Shown here one piece after another: positions 13,249 to 27,278 of a stretch of 64,000 nucleotides of DNA (its first letter is position 1; each line of letters starts with the position of its first letter). Position numbers and translations under genes: made by a program. The stretch is taken from contig OZ024740.1 in the NCBI GenBank assembly GCA_964016885.1, forward strand, positions 222,890,001 through 222,954,000. Direction: 5' to 3'. The notes below the pieces were generated by a model. It saw nothing but the letters and a program-made list of their open reading frames with translations. It ran no database searches and was not told the origin of the DNA. Origin of the DNA: Eledone cirrhosa. Lineage: Eukaryota.

Positions 13249-13440
13249 GGTGGTGGATTGGCAGTATCGGTAGCGGGTCGGACGCCATGCTTTGCAGCAA
13301 AGAGTTATGGCCCTGTATGGTCTGAGTTCAAATCCTGCCGAAGTTAACTTTGCCTTTCATCCTTACAGGGTTGATAAAATAAAGTACCAATAATACACTG
13401 TTTTAATTGCTGGCCTTGTGCCAAAAATAGAAACAATTAT
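13249..13440 (+). mobile_element. SINE family 2
   Basis: ggtggattggcagtatcg head, gagttcaaatcc B box, shared body. A further partial copy lies at 13530-13650. Confidence 0.8.
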
Positions 13441-14025
13441 ATTTTTCATATTAGTGAAAGTTTTTCTGTGTCCAATTCATGCCCTTTTCCCTTTTATATG
13501 TAGTTATCACCTACTTTCCAGCATAGTTACGATCTGAGTTCAAATCCCGCCGAAGTTAACTTTGCCTTTCATCCATACGGGGTTGATAAAATAAAGTACC
13601 AGTAATGTAGTGGGTAATTGCTGGTCTTGTGCCAAAAGCAGAAACAATGATTTCACAACCTGTAGCCATTACTCTTATCACATAATACTGCCACCTCTAA
13701 CTCTCACTCACCTGCCCATCCTATTCACATTCTTTGTCTCTTCCATTATGCTTTTTATCTCTTCCACTCTCTCCCCCATTATTTTGGTTTCCCATATCTT
13801 GTTCACCAATTATGTCCATCCAGATCTTTTAAAAGTGTTACAACTTATAGCACACCCACACCCACACCCACACATAACCCCCCCCCATACATATATATAT
13901 CCACTCAGCATCATACCATGTATCGAGTACTTCATTGATTTGTGGTCTTCCTGTTTCCAATACCACACTATCAATATATATATATATATATATATATTAT
14001 TGGCAACATGACCCTCCCAAAGTGT

Positions 14026-14067
<42 letters not shown>

Positions 14068-14071
<4 letters not shown>

Positions 14072-14588
14072 AATTAAGTTAAAAAAAAAATTACATCTAC
14101 ATATGCATACTGAAATACTAGTGTGTATATGAATACACACACGTATACATATGTATATGTAACAAGTCTTTCACTGGTTGCTTTACTGTGAGCACCCAGC
14201 TATTCTGTATGTAAACACACAGACAAACCGGTTTTTAGAGTCATACTGGTTTTTGAGGGAACACCTTCCCTCTATTCTCCAGAAAGCCAGACAAGGAATA
14301 TTGAACTAGTTTCGTTGTTGTTACAACTCATCAGCAATATTTACCTATCTACCGGCCCCTCTGGAGAATTGTAAAAGCACATATCGTTATATGCTTTTTC
14401 TATGAAAATTAGTAGTGGGCAGACTAATTTGCATAGAGTGTGAGTACGCACCGGCTCAGCGGAGACGATAAAAACAAATGACGAAACGAAATTAAATTTC
14501 GTTTCGTTTGTAACTCACTTTTGTATGACTGACGCTTAAACAACTAAGTTAAAAAAAATTACATCAACATTTGCATACTGAAATACTA

Positions 14589-14595
<7 letters not shown>
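14068..14595 (-). mobile_element. Retrozyme-like unit (~470 bp plus ~60 bp terminal direct repeat)
   Basis: 14068-14130 is repeated at 14538-14595. (TA)n on both sides, with an internal intact HHR. Confidence 0.8.
14298..14340 (-). ncRNA. Minimal type I hammerhead ribozyme
   Basis: atattg-CTGATGA-gttg taacaa caac-GAAA-cta-GTT-caatat: 6-bp stem I, 4-bp stem II, palindromic AACTAGTT stem III. Confidence 0.9.
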
Positions 14596-14659
<64 letters not shown>

Positions 14660-15057
14660 TAAATATATATATATATTGCCTACTTTTCCACTAGTACCAC
14701 AGTGCTGTATCCATGTGATTTACTTCTCTATCTATTACTACAATATATTACTATATCTTATTTCCATTCATCATTTGTAACAACAAATACTGCAAGACAA
14801 TGTTGCTAGGAGTGCATCACACAGAAAATTTGAGATAAAAAATATACCCCCATTAAGAATAATTGTGTTCTATAGGTACTTTTAAACCTGAGCAACACAG
14901 GGAATTCTGGTAGTGTGTGTGCGTATATATATATATTTATGTATATATATATATATCCAGGAGTGCAACATGAAGTTACTGTAGGTTCACCCAGGTGAGC
15001 ATTCAATGTTTAGATTCACATCTGTATGAAGGTGTAGAGCTAAACAGTCTAAATATA

Positions 15058-15436
15058 ATAATTGTTTCTACTTTAGGCACAAGGCCAGCAATTACCCAGT
15101 GCATTACTGGTACTTTATTTCATCGACCCCGTAAGGATGAAAGGCAAAGTCAACCTCGGCGGGATTTGAACTCAGATCGTAAAGAGTCGTAAGGTCGACT
15201 TGTTAAGCTTTTGTTACATAATGAAGGCTTAACAAATCGCCCTTGTATTATTATTGGCAGTATCGGTAGAGTGTCGGGCGCCATGCTTTGAAGCATAGAG
15301 TTATCTCCCTTTATGATCTGAGTTCAAATGCTGCCGAGGTTAAATTTGCCTTTCATCCTTACGGGGTCGATAAAATAAAGTACCAGTAATGCACTGGGAT
15401 AATTGCTGGACTGGTGCCAAAAGTAGAAACAATTAT
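15058..15436. mobile_element. Two SINE family 2 copies in opposite orientation
   Basis: 15058-15185 (-) and 15256-15436 (+) share the family 2 body. Confidence 0.75.
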
Positions 15437-15453
15437 TATATATATATATATAT

Positions 15454-15794
15454 GGAGGCACATGGCTTAGTGGTTAGAGCATTGGCCTTGCAATCGAAAG
15501 GTTGTGAGTTCAATTCTCAGACCGAATGATGTGTTGTTTCCTTGAGCAAGACACTTTATTTCACATTGCTCCAGTTTACTCAGCTGTTGAAATGAGATGA
15601 TAGGGACTGGGGTCCCTATCATTCCACTGCAAAGTGGTCGTGGAGGTGCCACGGCAAAAAAACACCCAGCACTCACTGTAAATGAGGTTGGTGTTAGGAA
15701 GGGCATCCAGTTGTAGAAATCAAGCCAGAATCAGTTCCCGTCCCACCCTTGCAAGCAGGGAAAAGCGGACGTAAAATGAAATGATGATGATGAT
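15454..15794 (+). mobile_element. SINE family 1
   Basis: A/B boxes and (GAT)n tail; near-identical to 9957-10297 and 56369-56713. Confidence 0.9.
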
Positions 15795-16423
15795 ATATAA
15801 AGTATATGATATATTTCAAAGTCAAGGATTGGAGAATTTTGACTGGATATCTGAAATGACAACATATAAAAATGGTGCACTTCTAACATACTTTCCATAT
15901 TCACACACATAAAAACTAAACAATATTTAAATATTGATGAAAGGTAGCATCTTTCTTTAAAAGGAAATAGATTGGATGAGCCAACAAGAAAAACTGAAAT
16001 CCCATGGAAATTGACATTATAGATCACTGATGATCATGCTGCTGATGATGATCACAGCAATATTGACAATAACAATAATTTGACCATGCTACTATGGTTT
16101 GATTATATGTAATATGTCTTCCAGCTGTTTCTATCATCTCACAAATCTATTGTAAGTTCTAATTCTCTTAAATCCTACCTAACTACTTTCTTTTGGTTAT
16201 CTCTACACCAGCTTTTCCTTACCTATTTAATTCCCATCACTCTTCTTTATCCAGCTCATAAGATTTATTCTCATCGCATGTCTCCATTTTAATCCGATTA
16301 ATATATCAAGAGGAATATTAAGAAAGTTGTCAAATCATTCAGTATCAGTAAAATGAATGCATTCAGGAATGCCCATTGTATTTGTACTGTAGTTCCATTT
16401 CATATATATACATATATATATAT

Positions 16424-16797
16424 GAAGGCGCATGGCTTGGGCTTGCAATCAAAAGGTTGTGAGTTCAATTCTCAGACCGGGTGATGTGTTGTTTCCTTGA
16501 GCAAGACACTTTATTCCACATTGTTCCAGTTTACTCAGCTGTAGAAAAAGATGATAGGACTGGGGTCCCTATCATTCCATTGCATAGTGGATGTGGAGGT
16601 GCTACGGCAAAAAAGCACCCAGCACTCACTGTAAATGAGGTTGGTGTTAGGAAGGGCATCCAGCTGTAGAAATCAAGCCAGAATCAGTTCCTGTATGAGC
16701 AAGACAAGGTCAGCCGACTAGACACTGCCCACAACAGGACAACCCGTCTAACCCATGCTAGCGTGGAAGAACGGACGTAAAACAGTGATGATGATGA
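16424..16797 (+). mobile_element. SINE family 1 variant
   Basis: Same head and body with a head deletion and a longer tail ending in (GAT)n. Confidence 0.8.
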
Positions 16798-17251
16798 TAT
16801 TGCATACTCTTTTTTTCTCAGTGTTCAAGAGCACAACACGCAACCCAGGAATCGAACCCACGACATTATGATCGTAAGTCCAACACCCTTACCACTAGGC
16901 CATGTGCCTCCACTATATATATATATATATATATGTATATATAAATGTGTGTGTGGTTGTGCAAATGGAAGAGGCAATACACAAGACATGGTTAAAAGTG
17001 ATGTCTATTTTATTAAAGCGTTGAAGTTACACTAGTGTCTCAAGTTCCAAGAGTTTCCTGATTAAGGTTACTCATCACTTAAGTAAGTGGTTTCAATCAT
17101 GGGTGTTGCATCACTGCTATAGCTTCACACCTATAATAAAATATATATGTATATTAATTTATCCATATGTAGTTGACTACTGAGAAAAAAAGAGTATGCA
17201 ATATCGAAATAGAGTTTAAATATTCATTTTATTATGGATAAATAGTGAGTT

Positions 17252-17299
17252 CTTGTCTGAAGACCTTGTGATAAGCAAGTGAATCTCCAGAGTAACAAG
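17252..17299 (+). ncRNA. Type I hammerhead ribozyme with one core substitution (GAAA>GAAT)
   Basis: cttgt-CTGAAGA-c-cttg tgataag caag-t-GAAT-ctc ca gag-TA-acaag; all three stems pair. Confidence 0.75.
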
Positions 17300-17514
17300 T
17301 CTCACTATTTAGTCTTAACAAAATGAGTATATATTAATTATTTAAAAAGTTACTCTGTAGTCTTTGGTTAGAATCTGTCATATTCTCTGATTAATTTTTA
17401 ACTCTTTTTAAAATAAATTATTGCACATTCTCAACGTTAATAGCGGTTCCTTTGCATCCTTAATGTAGTAAGTATATATGATTGTATATGAATCTATGTG
17501 TGCGTGTGTAATTG

Positions 17515-17716
17515 TACAAGGGTCAAATGAAAAGTTCATAGACTGAAAAAGATACTCTCATGGAATGACCAAATGAGGTTTATTTTTTAACATAGTCCCT
17601 GGAAAGAAACAATACAGTTATTAAAAGGAAGATTTGAAATTAATGCATGCAAGATTTTACAGCGCAAGCGTCCCCCCTTCATAGTCAGCCTATGAACTTT
17701 TTAGCCTACCCTCATA
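17515..17716. mobile_element. Tc1/mariner-type MITE
   Basis: Imperfect ~30 bp TIRs (caagggtcaaatgaaaagttcatagactga / tcagcctatgaactttttagcctaccctca) flanked by TA. Confidence 0.7.
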
Positions 17717-18228
17717 TGTATATATATATATATATAAGTAGCATGCAGCGTTTTTTTTATTTTTTATTTATTATGCCGTATGACAGAGAAATCTAATGAT
17801 CGAACCTCATATTTTCAATTATTGTAATAAAGTTTACACAAATTACATTTATCTACAATACAAGAAGTAGCACATTAACCAATAACTCTTCACACCCTGA
17901 TAATGAGACTTTGATTGACTAGAATCTTTGATCATGGATTTAGGAATTATATGTGTTACAAACAAACAGCAAGCGATTCATAAGTAAATGTGAAAATACC
18001 CATGTAAAAAAGCTGAAACTGGAATAGGTCATGTTTTTAAATGCAACATGTATATCATCCTCATCACCGTTTTACATCCATTTTTCTATGCTTCCATGGG
18101 TCAGGCAGGTCATCCATGTTGAGAGACAAGTCTGGTGAGGATTGGCCACACTGTACCTTGTTCTGATGGGACTGTAAATTTGGGTGGGGTTTTTATTGCT
18201 GGCTGCCCTTCCTAACACCATATATATA

Positions 18229-18341
<113 letters not shown>

Positions 18342-19155
18342 ATATATATTATATGTATAGATATAGAGAGAGAGAGCTGCTGAGTAATAGCTCTGAAAAA
18401 AATGTATAAAGCACTAGTTTTTTTTTTTATAATTCAAGTCAATTGAGAGTGTGGTATATGTTTTGAAAACTGTGACTGGTGTGACATGCTAAAAAGTGTG
18501 TTAATGTGTTGGAATTATGGCAGATGTAGGACTTTTGATTTTGTTGACTGTGTGGTAGGGCTGTGTGTTTTCCATGAAGAAACCATATATATATATATAT
18601 GCATTTTATATATGTATATATTTTATTTTATATATATGCAATTTATTACTTTGAAATAAATTGGAAGCTGAATAGAATATGTTTTTGAACATACCATAAT
18701 GATTTCTTTAGCACTGCACTGAATGATAAGATTAGTAAAAATGTATAGTGTTTTAGTAATCGGTTTTATGCTTAATGGTTCAATGTATTAATCAGCATTG
18801 CATCACATCATAAGTGAGACTTTTCCATATAGCAGCTATTAAAAGCCTCCAGCTTTACTCACCTGTTGCATTAGACAGAACATTTTTTACATTGAAAACT
18901 AGATTGCTGAGGGGCAATAATGTGAATTGTTATTTTATCATCATTGATTTTCTTTATATTTATTTTTCTATCTATGTGTTTTTGTTTCAAGGAATCCATA
19001 AATAACCAATTATGTTTAACCCATTACTACGTAATATACATATCTCTCTCTCTATATATATATATGTATGAAGACACAAATGCATATATATATGTATATA
19101 TAGATAGATAGATATGTACAACCACACATGCCAACTCACACACACACGCACACAC

Positions 19156-19190
<35 letters not shown>

Positions 19191-19296
19191 CCAATATCTC
19201 TCAAGGAAATATGTTTATTTCTATTTTTCCCTTTTCTTATCTAGAAGATCTCTTTGCTTTTGCCTAATAGATGAATAGTGACTCTCTCTCTCTTTC

Positions 19297-19348
<52 letters not shown>

Positions 19349-19757
19349 CACACAGATATATATGTGGGTGTGTGTGTATTTTCATTTTTCTTATTCTTAA
19401 TGTCTACTGCACATAAAATAAAGACTATATGACAATAGAGAATCAGATTGAAATGGGCAGGTAGTAACTACTTGATTATTACAAGCACAGCCTCTTTGCT
19501 TCTTCTTGTTCATTTGATCCTTCTTCTTTCATTTGGAAGTTAATTGGAATCTGATACCTTCCAGCCATGCATTAGCGACCAATGGACTTAATGTATTGCT
19601 GCTACGTTGACTTTTGTCTCTTGCCTTGCCTGCAGATTTAGCTCTTATGCTAAGTAAATACATACTTACTGTACACTATGCTACACATTATTGTGCATAC
19701 ACACATATATATATATATAGAGATATCTACACTGAAACAAAACTTAAACTTAACACT

Positions 19758-19836
<79 letters not shown>

Positions 19837-19839
19837 TTA

Positions 19840-20825
19840 TTTATTAAAATATCAGATTAAAGTTTAAGCAAAGAATCGCTGCTTTCACCCTTAACGGGAT
19901 CTTCTGAAACTAAAAAAGTCAATCTGTGAACGCAGAAGTAAATATTTTTAAAAAAAACGTTGCAACCGAAGGAAGACAGGAAGACGATACTTTGGTTCGT
20001 GGAAACGTTCTCTAGCAAAGAACAGAAAAAAACTAAGATAATACGTCATTATTTGGAGCAGTGAAAACAATTACACGCGAAGACAAAACCACGTTTATGG
20101 TATAAAAGAAGTCGTAGACTAATATTCTGGTGGTCCATGGAGACGTTCTCTGATAATGAACGGAAAAAACGAAGATAATACCTCATATGTGGAGCGTGGA
20201 GAACAATTACACGCAAAGACAAAACCACGTAAATGGTATAGCAGAAGTCGTAGACTAAAATTCTAACTAGGAAACCGAATGGCGAGTGTTTTCGCGTATG
20301 CTTGTGTATGTACGTATATGGATGTGTGTATGTATATATTTAATTTCAATTACCTCTGTATTGTATTTACTTTATTCTTAACTCTGTGGCCGAGAGTCAT
20401 TCGGTTTCCTAAATAGAATTTTAGTCTACGACTTCAGTTATACCTTTTACGTGTTTTTTTCTTTGCGTGTAATTGTTCTCAACGATCCACATAATGACGT
20501 TTTATCTTCGATTTATCCGTTCAGTGCCAGAGAACGTCTCTATGAACCACCTAATAGAATATTAGTCTACGACTTCTTTTATACCATAAACGTGGTTTTG
20601 TCTTTGCGTGTAATTGTTTTTCACCGCTCCAAATAATGACGTATTATATTCGTTTTTTTTCCTTTCTTTGCCAGGGAACGTTTCCACGAACCAAAGTAAC
20701 GTCTTCCTGTCTTCCTTCGGTTGCAACGGTTTTTGAAATATTTACTTCTGCGTTCACAGAAGATCCCGCTAAGGGTGAAAGCAGCAATTCTTTGCTTAAA
20801 CTTTAATCTGTTATTTTAATAAATA
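19840..20825. repeat. Foldback element with ~440 bp inverted arms containing internal ~130 bp tandem units
   Basis: 19840-20283 is the reverse complement of 20397-20825, with a ~110 bp spacer; set between (TA)n tracts. Confidence 0.85.
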
Positions 20826-20909
20826 TTTGCTCTACGGTTCTTATATATCTGATATATATTTATCCTTATCGAGCCCTCTTTGGATTTTAGTCTTCAAATT
20901 TATTATTAT

Positions 20910-20985
<76 letters not shown>

Positions 20986-21004
20986 GCAGTGAACTAGCAG
21001 AATT

Positions 21005-21452
21005 GTTAGACTATATATATGTTTCCAACCACACCAACATCAGATACTTCCAAGTAACAATTCAACAAATTTTGCTATATGGAATTGAAACATGGACACT
21101 TTCATGCAAACAACAAAAGCACCTTGATGGCACTTACACTCGCCTGCTTCAACACATTCAGAACATAAGCTGGCGACATGTGCCTCCCATGCATGATTGT
21201 CATTGTACGTAAAAGGGTAGTAAGATTGCTGGCCACTGCCATCATGCCACCTATGAGGCTGTGTCCCCATTAGTGCTTTGGAAACCACAAGCAGTCACTA
21301 ATAACAGGGGGTGCAAGCTCTCCTAACCCAATGTCATCTCCAGAGATTCTGGTATTGAAATCCAGGACTTGGCAACGGCAATGAATGACAGATCCACGTG
21401 GAGATCAATTCTTGAGTCCATTTTGGCTGAGGCCACCAGATGATGATGATGA
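21005..21452 (+). pseudogene. Degenerate RTE-type LINE 3' fragment
   Basis: ILLYGIETWTL...LDGTYTRLL...NISW, ending in (GAT)n. Confidence 0.75.
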
Positions 21453-21464
21453 TATATATGTTTT

Positions 21465-21590
21465 GTGTGTAAAGCCAGACTGAGAATGGTGTGGAAGAAT
21501 TTCAGGGAGCTGTTACCTCTGCTAAAAGCAAAAGGCTTCTCTTTTAGTGTGAAGGGCAGATTATATAATGCACATTTCACTGGATGCGTA
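21465..21590 (+). pseudogene. RTE fragment related to 2688-6245
   Basis: ARLRMVWKNFRELLPLLKAKGFSFSVKGRLYNA matches the RTE C-terminal region. Confidence 0.75.
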
Positions 21591-23814
21591 ATGTTAGTAT
21601 TCATAAATAATCCAACACAAGTGAACAGAGAAAAACATGTAGTAAAAGAGAAATCATATGTAGCCTACAAGACAGAGACTGCACTGGTGTGGTCATTTGA
21701 TGAGTATAGAGAGAAAGAGTTGTATAATAAGGTGCTGAATGCTTGAGTTGGATGGAATCTATGGAAGAACAAAACCAATGACCTCAAGAGACTGAATCTC
21801 ATAGAGATGAAATAGAACCAAGCTGACAGGTATTATGACAAAATATAAAATACTTGTCTATCAATTCAAGCTGCAAAGTGCTATCCATAAGTATCACATG
21901 ATGTCCATACTAGAACAATCTTCTTTCTTGTATACAACATCCAACTTCTCTTATACCCAGTTTTCTCTCAAATCATCTGTGCTTCATTGTTGTTGTACAA
22001 TAATGTAACATATACATCAACATCTAATCTATATATAGAACATGTATTTCAGTGGTTATAGTATATGGTAATCAAACAGAAAATCTAGAGTTTGGAAGGC
22101 TGCTTCAGTCTGGGCAAATATATCAACTTCTCTAGTGCTGGTTTCACAAGAGAATGTATCCAGTATCCCCTGTAAAGTGTTAGTGATAGTGCGATGTTAA
22201 AATGCATCCAGTTCACTCTGTAATGCTGGTGCCACAAAAATGCACTCTGTACACTCTAAGGTGATTGGGTTGCCATTGGGAACAACATCCAGTCATAAAA
22301 ACCATACCAAAAATGGAACAAAATGAGCAAGATAGGTTGTTCCAACCTATTTAGCCTTGGACCCTGACAAGTCATCCAACTCATACCAGCATGGAAAGTG
22401 GACATTACTTGATAATGATGTCGATGATGATGATGATGATAATGATGATGAAAGTGATGAGTTGGCAAAATCATTAGAATATATAATACTACATATGATA
22501 CCTATATATGACACACACATATATGTATGTGTGCATGCATGCTTGTTGTGAGTGTGTGTGTGTGTCTTTATATGTGTGCATGTTTGCCATAAAAGTAATA
22601 GGACATATATGCTAATCTATAATGAAAAATCAATCAAATGATTAATTTTGTCATAGCTTTTTCTGCTTTGCTTCTGTTTTTCATTTCATATTTTCTATAT
22701 TTTCAATAATACTAGAGAAACCTATATTAGTTCAACCTGTAATATTATTCTCATATCCTTTATACAATAATCAATAACTTCCTTACCATAATAACAATTC
22801 TCACATTATTCTATAATCATCATCATAATCATTGTTTTTAACGTACATTTTTCTGAGCTTGGATGGGTTGGACAGGTCCTTCTCAGCACACCATCTCTCC
22901 ACTGATCGCATTTCTTTGTCATCTCCTCTGTGAGTCTCAGCGATTTGAGGTCAGATCTCACCACCTTGTCCTGATCTTTCTCAGTCTACCTCTACTGTGA
23001 CTTCCTTTTAATGGCATTTCCTGGCACATTTTCACTCGGCGATCATCATTCATGCACATCACATGTCCATACAAAAGCAATCATCTCTCCTGCACATGAC
23101 CTTGGATTCCTCTTAAACCCAGCTTCTCTCTCATATCATCCAAGCTCTGCCTTTCTCTCAACTATTCAGGTATTTAACTGAAACATGAAAATATTTTATG
23201 AATCATCATTTTTTTGTTTATCACATATATGAATTAAGAAGTGACAATCAAACAGAGGTAATATGGGTTAAAAAAGGTCTATATGGTTTTGCTGAGTTCA
23301 TGCCCTTTCTATTGCTGGGTCCACAATAAAATGCATGCAGTATGATATGTAAAGTTGTAGAGATAGTACCATGATAAAATGCATCCAGTACACTATTTAA
23401 AATGGTAGCATCAGTTGACCAAGTAAAATAGTTGGCTTTAGGAAGCACATCCACCCATCAAAATCATGCCAGAAATGGAACATATGAGGAAGTCATGGCC
23501 CTGCTGATTTCGTCCAATCTCAATCTGTGCTGACCCATCCAACCTATGCCAGCAGGGAAAATGGACATAACATACTGATGATGGTGATGAACATGTTAAA
23601 TAGGCAATTTTGTAACATTTTGTAACCAGGAGTGGTAACAAATGAGTTAAAATGGTATTAACATTTCATTCAGAATGGCAGTGGGTAAAAAAATAAACAT
23701 TTGTTTTATATGAGTTGTAGACATTTATTGTGTATTTGAAACCAGTTCTATGTGAAATGCATATTCTAGATATAGGTTAGATGTTGATGTATCTTTATTG
23801 AGAATGGAGTACAG

Positions 23815-24130
23815 ATGATTTTAGAAGACAGGATTGACATGCACAACCAGGTTAGATGTGCCATCACAATTTGCAGGGGTAAAATCAGTCAGCTGGAATT
23901 TGCAGACAAAATGATATTAGTTAACTTGACAGAAGGTGATCTCCGAATTTCACTTGATGCTGAGTGTTGCATGGCTGGAATGAAAATCAGTGCTCCAAAA
24001 ACTGAGACACTCATCCTCTCAAAGAAGCCTGCACAGTGCACTCTACATGTGAATAGAGTTCCACTGAAGCAGGTGGAGAATTTCAAGTATCTCAGGTGCA
24101 ATGTCACGGGTGATAGAAGGCAGGAGGCTA
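23815..24130 (+). pseudogene. Degenerate RTE RT fragment
   Basis: LEFADKMILV...GMKISAPKTE...LKQVENFKYL. Confidence 0.7.
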
Positions 24131-24133
24131 AAT

Positions 24134-24280
24134 GAAGAAGAAGAAGAAGAAGAAGAAGAAGAAGAAGAAGAAGAAGAAGAAGAAGAAGAAGAAGAAGAAG
24201 AAGAAGAAGAAGAAGAAGAAGAAGAAGAAGAAGAAGAAGAAGAAGAAGAAGAAGAAGAAGAAGAAGAAGAAGAAGAAGAA
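24134..24280. repeat. (GAA)n microsatellite, ~48 units
   Basis: Pure GAA run. Confidence 0.97.
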
Positions 24281-26172
24281 ATCATCGGCAATATTTTACT
24301 ATAAATACTGTAACTTAACTAAATGGAGTTTGTTAAAACAAAGATTCTAATATATTTGACTCTTACTTCTTTTGAAATATTTCACTAATTCAATAACATT
24401 TTCCTGAATTGTAACTGAATTGTCTGATTTTCATTGGAAATCTACTTTCTTATGTGAGGTACCAATTATTCTATTACTTTTGAGAATTGGTTGACATCAG
24501 CAACTCATTCAGAATGAATTAACAGTGTGACTAACATGTGATTCAGGATTATGCCATATATGAATGCACATACAATATCATTATCATCTTTATTTAACAT
24601 CTGCTTTCCCTATTTATCTATAACAGTTTCACAGTGAGTTTTTAAGCTGTGATCATATCACAACTATCTCAGCGTCAGCCTAAGAACAATTGACACATTT
24701 CACTGCCATTACATTATTGAGGGAAATATAAACTTTTCGTTTCCATATTGCTAATGAGAAAGAATAATCAAGAATTTGGAGAGATTTAGAAATATAACTA
24801 AATTTTTCATTATTTATTTGGTGTTTGGAGTATAATTTAACAAATCTTCTGGCATAACATTATATAAAACTTTACAATAAACAACTTTGTATCACAGAAC
24901 ATAGTGCAGTTTCCAGCAGTCTTGTATCAGAAAGATTAAGCACCCAGATAGAGGTTCCTTTGTTGTTGCTTTGATATTGATTTTATTGCTGTTGCTGTTG
25001 TTTTAATGTTATCTGTAGGCTCCTTTCATGTTTTGTTTTTCTAGAGGCTAGAAATCCCTCAAGATATTAGTACTTCTACAATTACAGAACTTTTGGTTTT
25101 TCTGCCTTCTATGACAACATTCATATTAATGAATCCTTTGATATGAAATTGAAATTTTTTCCAGATTTTCAAATGTAATTAACACCAGAAGTTCCATCAG
25201 AATCTCTAAACAGTCCTGAAAAATCGATGACCTCCATGAAAATTCTTTACTGATCCAGAAGTGGCAAAATGCTGTGGAGCGTTCTTTCATCTGTTGAAGT
25301 GGAATGTGAAAAAGAATGTGTAGAAATTTTTCTGAAACAGAGGATGTCTCCATATTGCATGGTACCAAATGGCTTTTCAGACAGCTTTTACATGCAATAG
25401 AGAAAGATTTTCTGCCTGTCCTTCTTTTAATTCATATACATGTAAATCATCACACATGGTTTCATGGAATAATTCATTTCACCCGATGGAATTTTTATGA
25501 CTTTTATCAACTTAAAAATTCTAAAGAGATCAATAATGTTGAATTTTCAATGAATAGGTGTTGGGCTTCCTCCAAGAATTACAATGAATGTTACCTACTA
25601 CTTCTCTGTGGGCATGATACAGTAAAAGGCTGATAAACACAATCATGACCCTCCAGGCTAGATAGTTGGGTATAGTGTTAGCAGCCCTGTCACATTAAAA
25701 TACCTCATATGGAAAACTCAAAATAAATCAATCCTGCCTTTACCAGAGCTACCTCGAAAGGTATGAAGGCCTCTTTTAATACATTTCAAGAAAGATATTG
25801 ATAGGAAGACTAAGAACTTCGTCATTATTAATCATTGTCATCATTTACCATATGCAAAGAAAAACAAAACCTGGAGGCAGGAAAGATGAATGATGGACAG
25901 AAGTGGACATTTTACAAATGATTGTAAATAGTAGAAGCACTTAAAAGTGATGTTTAACCAGAAATATAATACAACATTCCACATTAGGTTTAGAAATGTT
26001 CATATGTTAATGTATATATGTATTATAAGCTTGTGAATTCCTAAGGAGGTCTATAGCTGCTGAAATTCATTTTTCTGCTACTTAAGCTCTTTGTGAGCAT
26101 TTTGAGATAAACACACGATTCATTTTACAACAAAGCTTATTTATGTCTTAGGGGAAAATCCTGACTCTGAGG

Positions 26173-26352
26173 AAACTAGTGAGTGTTTGCTTCAGAAACA
26201 ATGGAAATAGTAAATCCTACGGAGGTTGTTGAACGTTCTGTTACTGTACAGAGTGGGATAAATCCAAGAAAACTAACAAGTATTTGCTTCAGAAACAATG
26301 GAAATAGTAAATCCTACAGAGTTTGTTCAACGTTCTGTTACTGTATAGAGTG
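26173..26352. repeat. Two-copy ~97 bp tandem repeat
   Basis: The block tttgcttcagaaacaatggaaatagtaaatcctac...ctgttactgta occurs twice. Confidence 0.8.
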
Positions 26353-27278
26353 AGCTAAGTGCTGTCTCAGGTGATAGTCACTCTATTCAGCAAACAAACC
26401 TATTTACATTGAACAAACTTTTCTGGATTTACAATTATATATGTTTTAAGCACACACCTAGACAAACATTGGTAAACCGAATGTTTAGTTTTTATATCAT
26501 ATCTCACTCCTATCACAATCTTTTCTATATACTGGTGACAAGAAAACCCTCTGGAATTGGTGAGCAAATGAATTAGAAAGAACTTTTTAGTCTTGTCAAA
26601 ACACAGACAATATTCCTTTTGCTGGTACTATGATAAACTGCACCCAGGAACCCATGCAAAATAGTTGACAAACAAATAGATAAACATATAGAGTAGAGGG
26701 ACTTTATAAACTTGCTGAGGATAAAACACATCTCTGTTACTGGTGTAATGGTAAAATGCACCCAGTACACTCTGTAAAGGGGTTGTCAATAAGAAAACAT
26801 CCAACTCATAATAAGGGACACAATTCTAACAATAACTCCAAATAAGAACTGACTTGAACCATCATAAAATGATATAATGGAAAAGTGAACATACAATTCT
26901 TATCTCATGATATATCATCATCATCATTTAATATCAATTTGTCGAAGCTAGTATAAATTGGCTGTATTGTAATGTATCAGGTCAGCACTAATAGATACTT
27001 TCTTCACAGATGGGACTGTATCTCACTCACATTTCTACACTTTACAGAGTGTGCTGGGTTCATTTTATCATAACAGTAGCACTAGGGAGGTTGTTGTGCT
27101 ATTGGCACAACTGAATAGTCCTCCATATGGGGAGAAGGGAAGAAGATAACTTGTCGCAAGGCAGCTGTATTTAGGAAGTAAGAGTGGGAGACAAGTATCA
27201 AGTCATGGGTGTATGAGAATAGAAGGGAGGGGATAAAGAAGGATGACATGACTGATGTCATGTGCATGTATATATATA

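Noticed and set aside
15454-15530. tRNA gene
   Set aside because: The A/B boxes belong to SINE heads, there is no full cloverleaf, and the sequence continues into the SINE body.
24043-24350. Poly-E/K/S ORFs
   Set aside because: They arise from a pure (GAA)n repeat.
25100-25640. Short ORFs that might be an exon or transposase
   Set aside because: No recognisable motif and the frames are interrupted.
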